A stretch of 64,000 bases of DNA from Lama guanicoe (GCA_013239625.1 MU054187.1:5839757-5903756), one strand, 5' to 3'; shown: positions 10,169-23,726, counted from the first letter of the stretch. The notes: generated from the letters alone by a model not told the origin. Program-made: numbers and translations.

Positions 10169-13014
10169 AAAAGTAGCGAACTCTTTAAAAAGAGGAAGCA
10201 AAAACTTCAGGCCTCTGAATAACTGCCACCTCTCACTCTCCACCTGTGTCTGGAAAAGAAGCAGGCAGAGAGGCTTAGAGAGATATGGTGGTGTCCCGGG
10301 CACTGTTATCACTCTTTGGTTATTTTTCTTATTATTTTTGAAACCCTACATGTGATGAGAAAAGTGATGAGTAACTTTAGAGGAAAAAGAAAACATGATG
10401 TTCTTCATTAATTTCTATTTTTAATATGTAGCTTCCATCCTAAGTGAGGTTTTGGTGCAATTCTTTGACGATTACTATGAATGCCCCTGAGAAGCGTGTA
10501 TCCGAGGAAGCAGGCTTTTTTTTTTTGTCAACCCCTGAATATCTGAATTCCAACAACAAGCAATCTGGGTGTGAATTCAAAGGCAATAATGCAGGGAAGT
10601 CCTGAAAACCTGCTTCCCAAAGGATTTATCTCCCTTTTGATGCAAGGTTAATTGAGGAGGTGATGAAATTCTATGACTTAGGACATTGGAAAAATAAAAT
10701 GAAATTCAGACTCTACAGTTCATCCCGATTTCTCCAAACTAAATTGGCCACCCTTTGGGTGTGATGACTTTTTTTAAGTTCTAGAATTTTTTTTAATAGA
10801 TGTGAATTTTACATCTATTTATTTTCAGTGACTGCTCTGAATTTAGGCGTTCCAACCAGCTTCACTAGATTGCAAATTCTCCAAGGAGCAAGAGAAGAGA
10901 AGTGGTAAAACTTGTCCCTGATTCAAAATCCTCTTTGGAAAGTGATATTAAGGATACTGAATCATTTGGTTAGTGGAAATGAAATATGATCATTTCCATT
11001 GCCTGCAAGATATGATGTACCACCTGAAAATGAAAGCATGACTGACTTGACTCTTGAATTCACGTGAAAATGTTACAGCTTGTTCCAATTCTCCATTATC
11101 CCATCTCAAGGCTAAATCAATACAATATCTTTACTTTAATACTGAGAATACAGAAAAGAAAAAAAACAGGACCTATTTATTTGGGTGATTGGACAAAGGG
11201 ACAAAGAGAAATCACCCCTCCCCTGGTCTTCAAATGACAGTTTCATGACCTGAGACTTCTTCCTCAGCACAGCTAAGACTGACAATGCGTGAGAAGTCAG
11301 GGTTGTTTGTTTTCTCATCTTGAGTCTGTGCCTGACCAGGGAGACATATTTAGTCTTGGGCTTGTTGCTTGGGGGAAGTTTTAGTGTCTACTTAGACCTC
11401 AGGCAGAATGTGGGCAAGTCAGATGTGCAAGACAGAAGCCCCACCTCCTGGCTGCCCTTCTAAGGCTTCTTGCAGTGCACCCTCCCCCCATCCCCTCTGC
11501 TACACTTGAACCTCTGTCAGAGAAAGACTAGTTTTCTAGTCCACTGGTCTTTGTCCCCGAAGGCAGAAAGTCTTCCAGTATGCTTGGGAAGAAAAGATTT
11601 GGCAGCAGTGGAAATCAAAATATTTCTCTAGCCAGTACAGAGTTTTCTGTCATCCATCGTATCCTTCTAAGCCAAAGCACACTTGCTTAATAAGCCCTGT
11701 GCTTATCTCTCTCTTTGTGGGGAAGAAAATATAACAATACCTTATGCTGAAAAAACTCCATACACAGGCTGACAATTGCATCTTTTTCTTCCCAGCTCCA
11801 AGCTTGGATAATTATTAACAGAACTTCTAAATCTATTTATCTCTAACATTTGCAAGCTCTATCATCATCCTCTTTGGATATTTTTATTAATCAATTTATA
11901 ACTCAAGCTATAGCTTCCATGTACCCAATATATTTTGTATTTGTAACACTATATAAAGTTTCTCTTAAGTCTACTAGATTTTGTTTGTCTCGGAGACCAG
12001 GTATGGACAACCACCATCTTTGTTTCTAGTTGATTTGAGCACAGAAACATAAGCAATGGGATATGATAACCAAAATGCTTTCTTTTATCCCCAAGTGGAG
12101 AGGAAAAGGTGAAGGCTTTCAGTACCGTAATAAGATGTTAGGTGAACCTAACATAAACTTATATAAGGGATGCCCCTTAAATCTACATCTGAGTTTTGTG
12201 ACAAAGGTAAATAAATCATATTGAACTGAGAAACACAGTCCACAACAGTTGGTAATTGGAAGTAAGGGAGAGTTGAAGTGGGGGTGAATTTTAGAATAAA
12301 ATGTGTTCATGGAAAGTGGAAGAGATGTCATTTGTCACCAATATGTTGTCCACCTTGGGGGACAAGCCAGAGCAGGATGTTTGCAAGTCACTCTCGGATG
12401 TCAGAGACGTCTCAATTTGCATATGAAGATGCCTTTTGAACTCTTGATTTCTTAGCTGAAATGAAACAGCACATTTTTCTCACAATGGCTTCTTGAGAAA
12501 ATTTTTTCTAACTACTTTTTCCGTTCATACACTGACAGTTAAACAATGCATCTTGAAAGGAGGCTAAGAAATCAAGACCACACTGCACCCTCTCCACCTC
12601 CACCCTCCTCTTATCTCTCCCCTGACGCTCACTTCCCTTTTTCTTTCGATTGCCCTGTTCTGGTCAGTCATGAAAACATGGTTGATTTCATGCTTTAGTT
12701 CATTTCCATGCGATAATCCTATTTCTGAAAATTAAATGACAGTGAAAGATCAAAAAAAAAAAACCACAACCTGAACAAGACAGAGATCCATAAAATAAGT
12801 GACTGAAGCCACAGGGTCAGTGTTAGGGATTTTCATTCTCTAATCTAATCCTGGGAAGAAAATTCATTTGCCTTCCTTTGTCTCATGTCCGTTTGTAAAA
12901 ACCTTGTTTTATGTATGTGTGTTTCTGTTTTTCAAAAGTCATCATAAACAGAATCATGGACCCAGTATCTCCCTTTTACAATGAAAATAACTGTGCTTGA
13001 ATGTCAGAAACAGC

Positions 13015-13125
13015 TGGTGGGGCAGGAGTTCTTATTCTCCCATTTCAGAGATGAGCAGACCAAAGTCAGAGACCGTGATTCTGCGGGGTCACTTCCGCTG
13101 ACTGTATATCCCGGGTTCTCCTCAC
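13015..13125 (-). mobile_element. MIR fragment
   Basis: attctcccatttcagagatgagcagaccaaagtcagaga is MIR core text. Confidence 0.6.
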
Positions 13126-13279
13126 TCCAGCACCCTGCTTCTCAGGAGTGGGGATGAATCACTGAGTTTCCTTGTGTGACCAAGGGACAGATAACTCCTT
13201 TTTAAGCCAGTGGGTGGGCTGTGGGAAAATGCAGGAAGATTTGCCTTGGCATCTGAAGTAAAGAGAAGAGGCAGGTAGA

Positions 13280-13688
13280 TGTCTTAGCTCATGGGTTGGG
13301 TGGTTTAAACCACAGACAGTTACTTTCTCACAATTCTGGAAGCTGGGTAGTCCAAGATCAGGGTCTGGCTACCAGGGTTCAGTTCCTGGTGGGAGCTCTC
13401 CCGGCTTTCAGATAGCTGCTTTCTCGCTGTGTCCTCCCAGGGCAGGGAGAGAGAGAGGGAGAGAAGAGAGAAGAAAGAGAGAGAGAAGGAGGGAGAGGGA
13501 GACCGTGACCACTCTGGTCTCTTTCTCTTCTTAGAAGGACACTAATCTCATCATGTGAGTCCCACCTTCATGACCTCATCAAAACATAATTACCTCCACA
13601 AAGTCCTACCTCCAAATACCATTGCACTGGGGGTTAGGGCTTCAACGCATGAATTTGGGGGGGCACACACATTCAGTCCACAATAGCT
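13280..13688 (-). mobile_element. MLT1A-type MaLR solo LTR with internal (GA)n expansion
   Basis: tgtcttag...ttctcacaattctggaagctggg...gggggttagggcttcaacgcatgaatttggggggg...attcagtcca. Confidence 0.85.
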
Positions 13689-14165
13689 TAATGCAAATGT
13701 ATCTGCAGGGTAAATTATAAAACACAGTAATTAGTAGAAATACAGAATTATCAGATGAACTTAGAAATCATCTGGCCAGTTTCTCTCTCTACCTAAAGAG
13801 ACCTGCTGATCTCCACACTTGACTTTAAAAATTGAGATGAACCAACCTGAGCCTGCCATGTTTTTCCTTCCATGCACCAGGACCCAGCAACAGCTACCTG
13901 GCTCCGCTGTCTCTGTATGTCTGCTTCCCCTCATACTTTCCAGATTCCACAGAGATAGCACAGAGGCACCTCTCCTTCCGCTGTATCTTGCTGCCATTCA
14001 CCACATTTGTCGCAGCAACATCTTAGCAACGACACCACTGCAGCCTTCTGGGGAGCATCAGTGTCTCCCCTACCACCAGGAACAGGTCCTCACGGCCAGC
14101 CAGAGGCTAATGCAACTCCAGTGTCCCACTCTTACTGACTCCCAGCATACTTCTGCTGCTAGCAG

Positions 14166-14470
14166 TGTCTTGGGTTGAGTTTTCTAGAAGCAGAACCAAG
14201 GACAAAATTCAGGTGCATTGGATTTACTGAGGGCGTGCTCTTCAGGAAGCACCGGGAAGGGGTGGGAAGCGGTGGGAAGTGTCACCATAAGGAAAGGGAA
14301 GGAACAGAGCAAGACTGCTGTCTCAGGGAAAATTCAAGCGTAGCCTGAACCCTGGGGAAATGGGTGTCTTGGAACCTAGATTGCATTGTGGTGTATGGCC
14401 CACCTATGAAGCTATGGGGTCAGGGTTTGGACCCTAATATCAGTCATACCCTAATCCAGGCAATATTGAA
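14166..14470 (-). mobile_element. ERVL LTR fragment (LTR16/LTR33-like)
   Basis: Starts tgtcttgggttgagttttctagaagcagaacc, typical of this LTR group. Distal boundary uncertain. Confidence 0.5.
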
Positions 14471-14781
14471 TCTGGAACAGCGTGAATTGTCTGTGCCTCG
14501 GAGTCAAGCGGACCTCAGTCTCAAGCTTTCGCTTGTTCCTAGGTCTTTGATCTTGGGCAAATTATTTACCAGTTCCAAACTAAAAGAAACTAACATATCT
14601 AACATATGTGGACAATATACTCTCTCCAGTGCGATAGGGGGCGTTATAAATGTCCATCCCTGGTCCTCTGCCTCCATCCCAGCACACTCAGCACTGTCTG
14701 AATTGCGGCAAATTAGTGACCCTTTCTGAACATGGATAAAATGTGTCATTTCTCCCTTCCTGCAAATCTCATAAAATAGTT

Positions 14782-14784
<3 letters not shown>

Positions 14785-14817
<33 letters not shown>

Positions 14818-14822
14818 CTCTC
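14785..14822. repeat. (CA)n(CT)n microsatellite
   Basis: Directly visible. Confidence 0.95.
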
Positions 14823-14838
14823 ATACAAATGAGAGTGC

Positions 14839-15558
14839 TTTATTTTTATTGTTGTGAAATATACTCAACATAAAATTTACCATTTTAACCATTTTTAAGT
14901 GTACAGTTCAATATTAAGTATATTCGCATTGTTGTGCAGCCAGGCTCCAATCTTGTAAAACTGAAACTCTGTATCCAGTAAGTAACAACTTCCCAGTCTT
15001 CCCAGCCACCCACCCACAGCCCTTGGCAGCCATCATCTACTTTTTGTCTCTGTGCATTTGAATAATCCAGTTACCTCATAGAAGTGCAGTCATATAGTAT
15101 TTGTCTTTTTGTGACTGGCTAATTTCACCTCGTGTAATGTCCTCGGGGTTCATCCATGTTGTAACATATCAGAATATCCTTTACTTTTAAGGCTGAATAA
15201 TAAATACTCCATCTTATGTGTCTGCCACATTTCGTACATCCATTCATCCATCCGTGGAGACTTGTGTTGCTTTCGCCTTTTGGCTACTGTGAATAGTGAC
15301 GCTATGAAGATATCTCTTGAAGAATGTTCTTTTAATTCTTTTGGTATATACCCAGAAGTGGGATTGCTGGATCATAGGGTGATTCTGTTTTTAATCATTT
15401 GAGGAATCACCATACTGTTTTCCACAGCAGCTGCACCATTTTACATTCCCACCAACAGCACACAAGTATTCCAGTTTCTCCACGTTCTTGCCAACACTTG
15501 GTATTTTCCAGTTTTGGGGGGCGGGAGGTATAGTAATCATCTTGATATGTGTGGAGAA
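14839..15558 (-). mobile_element. L1MB-type 3' end
   Basis: aacataaaatttaccattttaaccatttttaagtgtacagttca...cccagaagtgggattgctggatcata. Confidence 0.9.
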
Positions 15559-15604
15559 TAATTTTAAAACTAGTTAGTACCATTAAAACAACATTTTGTT
15601 ACTC

Positions 15605-15814
15605 TGTAATGGGTTAATTTTATGTGTCAACTTGGCTTAGCTAAAGGATGCTCAGACAGTTGGTAAAACATTATTTCTGGGTATGTCTATGAGGGTGTTT
15701 CTGGAAGAGAACAGCATTTGGATTGGAAGACTGAGTAAAGATCATCCTCACCAATGTGGTTGGGCTTCACCCAATCCATTGAGAGCCTAAATAGAGCAAA
15801 AAAGCGCAGGAAGG
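15605..15814 (+). mobile_element. MLT2 (ERVL) LTR 5' part
   Basis: tgtaatgggttaattttatgtgtcaacttgg...gagggtgtttctggaagag...caatccattgagagcctaaatag. Confidence 0.85.
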
Positions 15815-16560
15815 TTTGTGCAAAGTCCATAGGGGTGTTGATAAGCTCTGACATATTCCTGGAAATCTGAAACTGATATATTCCTGGAAATCAAGAGATC
15901 ATGCTCATGACTAGGGGTGTGTGGATGCTGGGGAAAGAACTGAGAAAGCCCTAAGCTCTCACCTATGGATGACCCTGAGCCTCTGGGCAAGGAGGAAGTG
16001 AAGGCTAAGGCAGAGTTATAAACTGACTGGCAGAATGTCGAGGGGTTTCCCTAACACACACATAGTATAGCTCAGTAAAGAATGAGATTCTTACTGATTC
16101 CAGGTATTTAGGGAAATCTTTGTTCAGTCATTACCTAGATTGAACTAAAGGAAATCATGTTTAAAGAACAAAAAAAAATAAATAAACAAGATTATACCAT
16201 ATAGCACAGGGAAATATACACAAGATCTTGTGGTAGCTCACAGTGAAAAAAAAAGTGACAACGAATATATGGATGTTCATGTGTAACTGAAAAATTGTGC
16301 TCTACACTGGAATCTGACACAACATTGTAAAATGATTATAAATCAATAAAAAAATGTTAAAAAAAAGAAAAAAGAAAAAGAAAAGAACTAAAAGAGACAA
16401 GAACAATGTGTCCCCAAAAAGAAAATATATATAAAGGGACAAAAATGTTTTTAAAAAAATAAATAGAAATTCTTGAGTGGAACAGAAAAGAAAAATTAAC
16501 TAGGGAGGCTCAACAGTAGATTGAGTAGGAAGAAGAAATAATTGGCAAACTTAAAGATTT
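15815..16560 (+). mobile_element. Old L1 5'UTR/ORF1 remnant
   Basis: aagccctaagctctcacc...gaagtgaaggctaaggcagagtt followed by A-rich ORF1-like text (ggctcaacagtagattgag). Confidence 0.55.
16171..16385 (+). mobile_element. Young camelid-type L1 3' end nested in the older L1
   Basis: atatagcacagggaaatatacacaagatcttgtggtagctcacagtg...aatcaataaaaaaatg plus A-rich tail. Short flanking aaagaac repeat. Confidence 0.8.
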
Positions 16561-16649
16561 TATCTTGGCTTTTTTTCCACCAAAAAAAGTGAAAGCTGTG
16601 GAGAATATTGTGGAAAACATTTTTGTTGCTTTCTTAACTTAAAAAAAAA

Positions 16650-16960
16650 AAACACCAAACTTATTTAAAAAAACTTACAATAGTATTAAGATTCCTGTAT
16701 ACCTTTTACTCAGTTTCCCCAATTGTAAATAGGTTACACGTTTGCATTCTCATTTCTTTGTCTCTGTCTGTCTGTCTGTCTCTCATACGTACACACAGAT
16801 ACATAAATTTTTCCTGAACTAATTGAGAATACAAATATGATACTCTAAATATTTTTATGGGTATTCTTAAAACACAAGGACATTAATCTACATAATCACA
16901 GCACCACCATCTACATAATGAAATTAACACCAATACGTCATCATTATCTAGTCCACAAGA
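16650..16960 (-). mobile_element. L1MC-type 3' end fragment
   Basis: ttttactcagtttccccaattgtaaa...tttcctgaactaattgagaa...acaaggacattaatctacataatcacag. Confidence 0.6.
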
Positions 16961-18489
16961 CCAAGAGTAAAAAAGCCTGTTATTTTGCATAATATTTCTT
17001 CATTTTGATGAATATGATAAAAAATATATTTAACAGCAGAAAGAAAGTTCAAACTATTGCAAGTTAGTCAGCACTCTGTATTCCATATCTCACCTCAATG
17101 CTACAGCTTGAACAAGACCGTTCTTCTGAGAGAGAGGGGGAAGGAGAGAGAAAGAAGGTGAAAGAAAATGAAATCAGTCAGAAAAGTTCCAGAACAAAAG
17201 GAATCACTTTCCTATAGCCACACACTTTATTTAAAGCATAAAAATCTCAGAAATGTTAACTCCTAGACCCAATCCAGTAGAAGTAACCAGTATCCGTGCA
17301 TAAATAGGCCACTCTAGTAACAGTATGATGTCTCTCGGTATCGAATGTCTCTTTCCAGACTTGAAATTCTGGCTTCATCTTTGTACATTGCATAGCCTGA
17401 AGCTTTTGCAAAACCAAACTGTAAATGGCTGTCACCCAATTTCCCCATGAAAAAGTTTGCACCCTAATAGAACTTACCACTTTTCCTTCTTCATTGCCTG
17501 ATTTCTAGCTGGTCGTCTTAGCAGTTTAACTGCTGGGCATCTCAGTTATTTCATGACTGTAGTGTCATTTATTTTGCTAATTATTTTCCAATAAATGTAA
17601 TTCAATCAACAAGTAAACATCTCCTCCATGCAAACACTTAGCATTCGTAATCATAATCATTATTTTGGGGAGGAAATTTTCTATTATGTAACTGTAGTAT
17701 CATACTACAAATTTCTCAGAACTATATGCACAAAATCTAGGAGTGCATTTGCAGTGGTGACCTCATCAAGTTTCACATTTTATTATTTCTAAAAATTATG
17801 CAGAGGTTTGATGAACATGGCAACAATGCATTAGGCTTCTACTTCGTCTGTGAATCGTGTAGTTTGTGATATTTTACTCTCTAGTTCAGTTCACCAAGAT
17901 TTCATAAAAATTTTTTAAGGATTAGCTCTGAATCAGATGGAGTTTTATAAGTCACAACAATATTTTAATTAACCTAAAGGACATATAGATTGATTCTTTT
18001 GAATTTACCTTGTAACTCTTCTGTAGTCTCCTTTTTCTCAAAAAGATTTATCATGCAGCTCCATATGCCAAAGAGATGGAATAATATAGCAGGCAAGAAT
18101 TTTTAAACTAACTTTATTCAACACCCTCATTTGGAAGGCAACTGAGAAGGGTGCAGAGAAACTAAGCCTCCGGGTTTCCCGACACCAGGTCTACAGTTAC
18201 GCACAAAGGGACTTGCAGTATTCATGAAGACAGTGTCTACTGCCAAAAAGAAAGAAAGATAGAAGAGAGAAGGAGAAAGGCACCAGCACAGACATGTTCT
18301 TGACAGAATAGAAGAATGTCCTGGATTCGGGAGGCTGATCTGCTCGTTATGAATGCACTTTGGAGAGGACGGAGTCTACCGTCAACCATCAGGACCAATC
18401 CCTCAGACCAGGTGAGCTGCCCAAGTCGTGATTACCTTCTGCAGCCGCACCTTTAACTATTTAACAAACAGGCCATAAATATCATAACC

Positions 18490-18605
18490 ATAAATGATAA
18501 TCATTTTGCAATATATGTTTAGCACCTAAATTTATATACTGTACACCTTAAATTTATACAATGTTATGTGTCTATTTCTTATATCTCAGTAAAGCTGGGA
18601 AATTT
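18490..18605 (+). mobile_element. L1 3' tail fragment
   Basis: tgtacaccttaaatttatacaatgttatgtgtc...tatctcagtaaagctggg. Confidence 0.75.
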
Positions 18606-18872
18606 CAGAAGAAGAAAGAAATTTTTAAAAAAGGAAGGAAGGTTGGTTCATTCAGCAATTTGTTCAGGTAATGTTTACTGATTACTTCCTATTACTGAGC
18701 ATTCAGCTAGGTCGTTTCATCTGTGTGATCTTATTTAATTCTCATAACTATTTAAAGAAACACAATCTCTATTCTATGTGCAAATCCTTGCTCTAAATGC
18801 TACAGAGTTTAGGAGTTAGGAGTAAGAGGAGGAAAGATGGAAAACACATGTATACATGGACCCTCAGGTACC

Positions 18873-19393
18873 TGTGTGCTAGTTGTCTATTTCTAGGTAC
18901 ATAATGAGGTCACTAAAAACTTAATGACTTAAAACAACAATAGTCATTTATTATCTCTCAAAGCATCTATGCATCAGGAAATCGGGCAGGACATGGCGGA
19001 GATGTGCGGATCTCTCCTCCTCAATGCCGGGGGCCTCTTTTGGAAGAAGACTCAAAGGCTGGTGATTGAAATCACCAGAAGATTCATTCACACAGGTCAG
19101 GTGTTGATGCTGGCCGTTGGTCACAGATCTAGGAGCGTCCTAGGCTTCCACAAAACCAGCTCTGGGTTTTGAGGGTAAGCTCACAGGGGGGTGGGGGGAA
19201 GGAGCGCTCCCCTTTCTATGACCTAGCCCAGAAGCCACCCTTCAGCCACACTGCCCTAAGTCAGGAGGAGGGGACATAACCTCCCACAGCCCCATCTCTG
19301 AGTGGGAAAAATGTCAGTCATATTGTAAGAAGAGCATGTGGAGTGGGATCAAATACATAAGAGCAGCCAACGGTGGGAGATACAATTTCCCAC
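18873..19393 (-). mobile_element. MLT1G/H-type MaLR LTR
   Basis: aaacttaatgacttaaaacaacaa...ttctatgacctagcc...aagaagagcatgtgg...atacaatttcccaca. Confidence 0.75.
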
Positions 19394-21599
19394 AACCTTA
19401 CACTCTCGTAAAGGACTTAGGGTGGGCCCTGGATTGGGCAACACCAGGAGCCGTGTCTCCTGTCAGGACTCCAGGGAAGGGAAGGATCAGAGGTTGCTTC
19501 TGAGTAGGGGTCGAGGCAGGCTTCAAAGAGGAAGCCGTGTTTGAGTTTTATCCTGATTGGACAGAATTTCAGTTCATTTATTCATTGTGCCTACTTGGTG
19601 TATGGACGGTAGCATGCTAAGTGGAAAAGGTAATGGAAATTTCTACTTCCAAAGGCTCAAAGCTGACAGTGACCCCTAGACAGGGGGTCAGGACTCCTCA
19701 GCGGTGAAGAGCCCATTGGCACTCTTGCTTCCGCCCTTTCACTGTGCTGTCCGTCTCGTGCTGCAGACTCGTGCCTCACTCCTTCCTGGCTCCCTTGTCT
19801 CTGCTCCTACAGATGGCGGACCAGGGGACACATACCACTAGGGAATTTGGGGACCAATCTAGAAACTGTTTTATATTACTAAGGAGAAAAAAAATTATGT
19901 AAAATACAGTGAATGAAATGAAAAAGTCAATTTGTGGACCATGAGTTGCCAGTTTTTTTAATCCTCAAAAAAACCAAATCTCTCTGTGAATTCAAGTATT
20001 CAAAATGTACAGAAGCAAATCTTTTTATACTTTCCATTTTCTGTTTTATTTCACCCTTTCCCATTCCTTCTCTCTCCGTCTCCATGCGATTCCACGGAGG
20101 ATAGAGATCAAAAGCTGTTACTTGTTGATGAAGAAGTACACAGGCAAATCTAAATGAGATTTACAGTAATTAGTAATTGGACCAAAGAAACTAGGAACGT
20201 CAAAGTCATGGCTGTGATTTTTTTTAAATCCCATCAATTATTCTGTCTCTGAGCAAATGAAACTGAATGCACTAGGGCATTGGGGTTTTTTTAGTAGCTC
20301 CAAGTCTTACATTTTATTACAGAACAACTTCCTAAAAATAGGATCTGCCCCAGATTTATACATCAGCAGTTCAACAAAGAAACATTCACCGTTTTTAACC
20401 CCATACACATATAAAATAACTCACTTTGGGGAACTCACTATAAATTCCAAGCCTCACCTCTGATAATGAAAAATGGACCATAATTCAACTGTGATTTCTT
20501 TTCTCATGTATCTGATTAGCTTATAGCTTTAGACTTGTCTTGAAAGTAGACCAACAAATACCTTTGCAGTTAAGGACTTTTTAAATTTAGTTCTAATTGA
20601 GGATCAAGGCCTGGTTATTTTAAAACAGTGATTTCAAGAGGCTAACAACTTCATAGGGTGAAGACATTACTTTTCTTGTTTGGAGAATATTTTTTAACAC
20701 AGAAATGGAATGGCCCTAAACTCTCATTTCTCCCTTCTGAAGCTCTTTAGAACTGAATCAGAGATAAAGTTCAAATACAATGAAATTTTGATAAACCCGC
20801 TCATCAGGTTCAAGCAGATTCAGAGAAGAGACCTTATCACCGTGAGAAAAACCCTAGAAAGCCTGTTATGTTACCTCCCCTCTGCTTAGAGGCAGTATTC
20901 TGTGCTTCACATCAAGATTTAAAGTACAAAGTTATTTCTAGGTGTGATCTAAAAAGCTCAAAGGAAACCACATATTTATTTGTATAGTGATGTCCAGGGT
21001 AAAACCACGCTATCAAAGGAATAAGAATCTACAATAAAACTGATTGATAAGAATTCCAAAATACGAGAAGTGGGGGTTGAACCACTGACAGTGACAAGAC
21101 CCATTTGATATCTACATTCATGTGGAAAAAGGCAAATGGGGTATCTGAGTGCCGAGAGAACAGCAGAATTCAAAATCACCCACAGTAAGTAACTCCCTAA
21201 ACACAGCAGCAAAACTGTCGGGGGTCCTGAAGATTCTGATTCACAGGTGAGAGCAAGGGGACCCGCAGGAGGTCAGGAGGTGCTGAAATGGGCTTGGTTC
21301 TAGGATGCTCAAAACTTGCAGTCCTGAGCTCACTTCTAGAGCATGCCTCTCGCTAAGGAGAAATGGAAGAGAGCAGAATCTAAGTCGAGCAGGACAATGA
21401 TACGTGGGGCAAAAGGAAAGAGAAGTGCAGATACACGTGAGGAAAGCGAGCAGAGGAGACGGAGCTGAGCTCAGAAACACAGTCTCAAGCCATGTTTTAA
21501 TCATTTCATCCAAACAAGAGCCTCCAGAGCTGTGAAGCTAAAAAAGACGTCGTGGTCCACCTCTGCCTCTTAGAAGTGCCGGAAAATTAACTTCACTTA

Positions 21600-22200
21600 A
21601 AAATGAGCAGCCGAAAGGAATTACAGTCAATTTCTATACAACATTATTATCACAAAGGAAGGAAGGATGGAATATCCTTGTATGTTTTAAACAACGAAAG
21701 CATACCAGAGGAGCACACTCACAGAGCCAATAAAAACTGCTACCTAACACTTCAAAAACCAAAATGAATAATTGTAGACATTATTAAAGAATAACACAGA
21801 TAAGAATTACAAAAGCTTAGAAATAAAGTGGAGAAGAAAAATACTTGAAAAAGGTGATGGGACTCAAAGAACTCAAAATAAAGAAAAACCATGCAAACTT
21901 GAATAAATACAATACAAAATGCCCTGAAGATAGTTGTAAGATTGAAATAACAAATATGGTTAAACTAAAAGTGTAATTTTTTGAGGGCAAAAATAAAATC
22001 CAATGTACATATTAGGAGTTCATTAGCAATGAACAAAGTAATGAAAGAGAATAAATCTTTAATTTAAGAAAATCTTCCTGAACTAAAAAAAAAAATGGCC
22101 CTGCCTTGTGTACTTTGATAAAAGTGTCCCAAAACCTTTAAAGTAGCTAAATGTTCAAAGAACTGAAGGAAACTCAAAAAAAAAAAAAAAAGTAAATTAA
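21600..22200 (+). mobile_element. Decayed L1/HAL1 ORF1-like A-rich remnant
   Basis: Strong A skew and aagaaaatcttcctgaactaaaa text. Family uncertain. Confidence 0.4.
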
Positions 22201-22662
22201 GGTATGCAGACAATGTAAAGTCACATACAGTTGCTTGAGGTGGCCTGAATATTTGACCCTGAGCTTTTCAGGGGCCACTACGGCACAGGGAATCATAACG
22301 TTGAGCATCTGAAATCCGAGTGAAATGTCTCCTGTGGTAGGTCTTTATAAAGAAGTTTCCCTTTAACTTAGCACCTGTATCTTCACCAATATTCTGACAG
22401 TAAGCACAAGAATATTCATAAGGCATGTCTAATACATTTCTTCCAGGTGTATCTATGTCATGTCATATAAACAATTCAATAAGGTAACTTCAATGCAGAA
22501 CAAAGACAAGGTGGTTGAGGTTTGACACAGAAATAAAAATAGAGTATCTAGAAAGTGGGCTGCATGGCTTTTAAGCACCTGTCCGTAAAGGCGGCCTCTG
22601 AGCGCACTGGGATTGGGGAACCCTTCTTGCCAGGACTTAAAAGTGCAAGAACTCCCTGTTGC

Positions 22663-22760
22663 GGGGAGAGAGTATAGCTCAGCGGTAGGGTGCATGCTTA
22701 CCGTGCAGAGGTCCTAGGTTCAATCCCCAGTACCTCCATTAAAAAAAAAATTATTTTTTT
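22663..22760 (+). mobile_element. tRNA-Ala-derived SINE, short form
   Basis: tRNA head plus A tail. TSD aagaactccctgttgc 22647-22662 / aagaatttcctattgc 22761-22776. Confidence 0.9.
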
Positions 22761-23316
22761 AAGAATTTCCTATTGCCATTTAGAAGCCCACACGTGTGTG
22801 TCTGTAGTCAGCGGAGCAAGGGGTAAGGGTGTAAAAGCTGAGACACTCGAGAAAGGTGACGTGCAGAGAGGAAGGCCACCGCTCCTGCACTGACGGGGCT
22901 GAGAGCGCAGGGCGCACAGGCGAGATTTCCTGCTCGAAGACACAGAAAAATGAGCAGCTGAGTCGTGAAGCTTTGTTATTTAGAACATGAAAACAATTAT
23001 CTTTGCGTGGAAAATTATTTGCCAAAATCTCAGGGAAGAAAACCAACTCTCACTGAAGCACCTTTTAAGATCCAACTCTACTCGCTGAATCTCCCGAGGT
23101 AATTGACTTAATTGGCCCCAGTATAACTGACTGGGTTGACCCGCTTTACAGGGCTGTTGACCATCGGCCAGTTCTCAGTTGAGGGAAGCTGTTAGAACTG
23201 CAGAGTTTTTGGTTTCTGAAGTCCTTCTTTCTGGAAACACTGGTAGAGGAAGACTTTCCAGTTGTCAAGTAAGGGCACTCTTTGTTCACTGAACTAAAAA
23301 CGTGTGAGCTGCTTAC

Positions 23317-23393
23317 AGTAAAATTCTCCCGTTTATTCTGAGGGACTCAGGATGTGAATTTTATTGAGTCCCTTTCAATTTAGGGACGTTCAA
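23317..23393 (-). other. Candidate exon of a minus-strand spliced transcript
   Basis: Acceptor gcttacttttcag, two AATAAA inside, and a donor ACT|gtaagc. Confidence 0.25.
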
Positions 23394-23674
23394 CTGAAAA
23401 GTAAGCATTTTGCTTTAATCTAAACCTTTTTTTAAAATGTAGACCCCTTCCAAATCCAATTTTAAAAAATCAGTACTTTTTTAATTAAATTTCACTTTTT
23501 ATGTTTTATTTACAGATTAATTAAATCAAATGTAAACATTTCACATTAAAAGTAATAATGATAAATCTCACCAGGAGGTGCTGGTCAGATCCGCTGGTTT
23601 GACTCTGAGTTTAGGTAAATGAAAGAACAGACTGATTCCACGGGAGTACGGGCTTCGCTTATTCATTTACTCAC

Positions 23675-23726
23675 AACAGCTTCAGCCAAAAGGAATATTT
23701 TTTCCCTTAGTGAAGATCTGAGGGCC
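23675..23726 (-). other. Candidate exon of a minus-strand spliced transcript
   Basis: Branch-like ctaat plus cag acceptor with a weak pyrimidine tract. Donor GTT|gtgagt. Confidence 0.28.
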
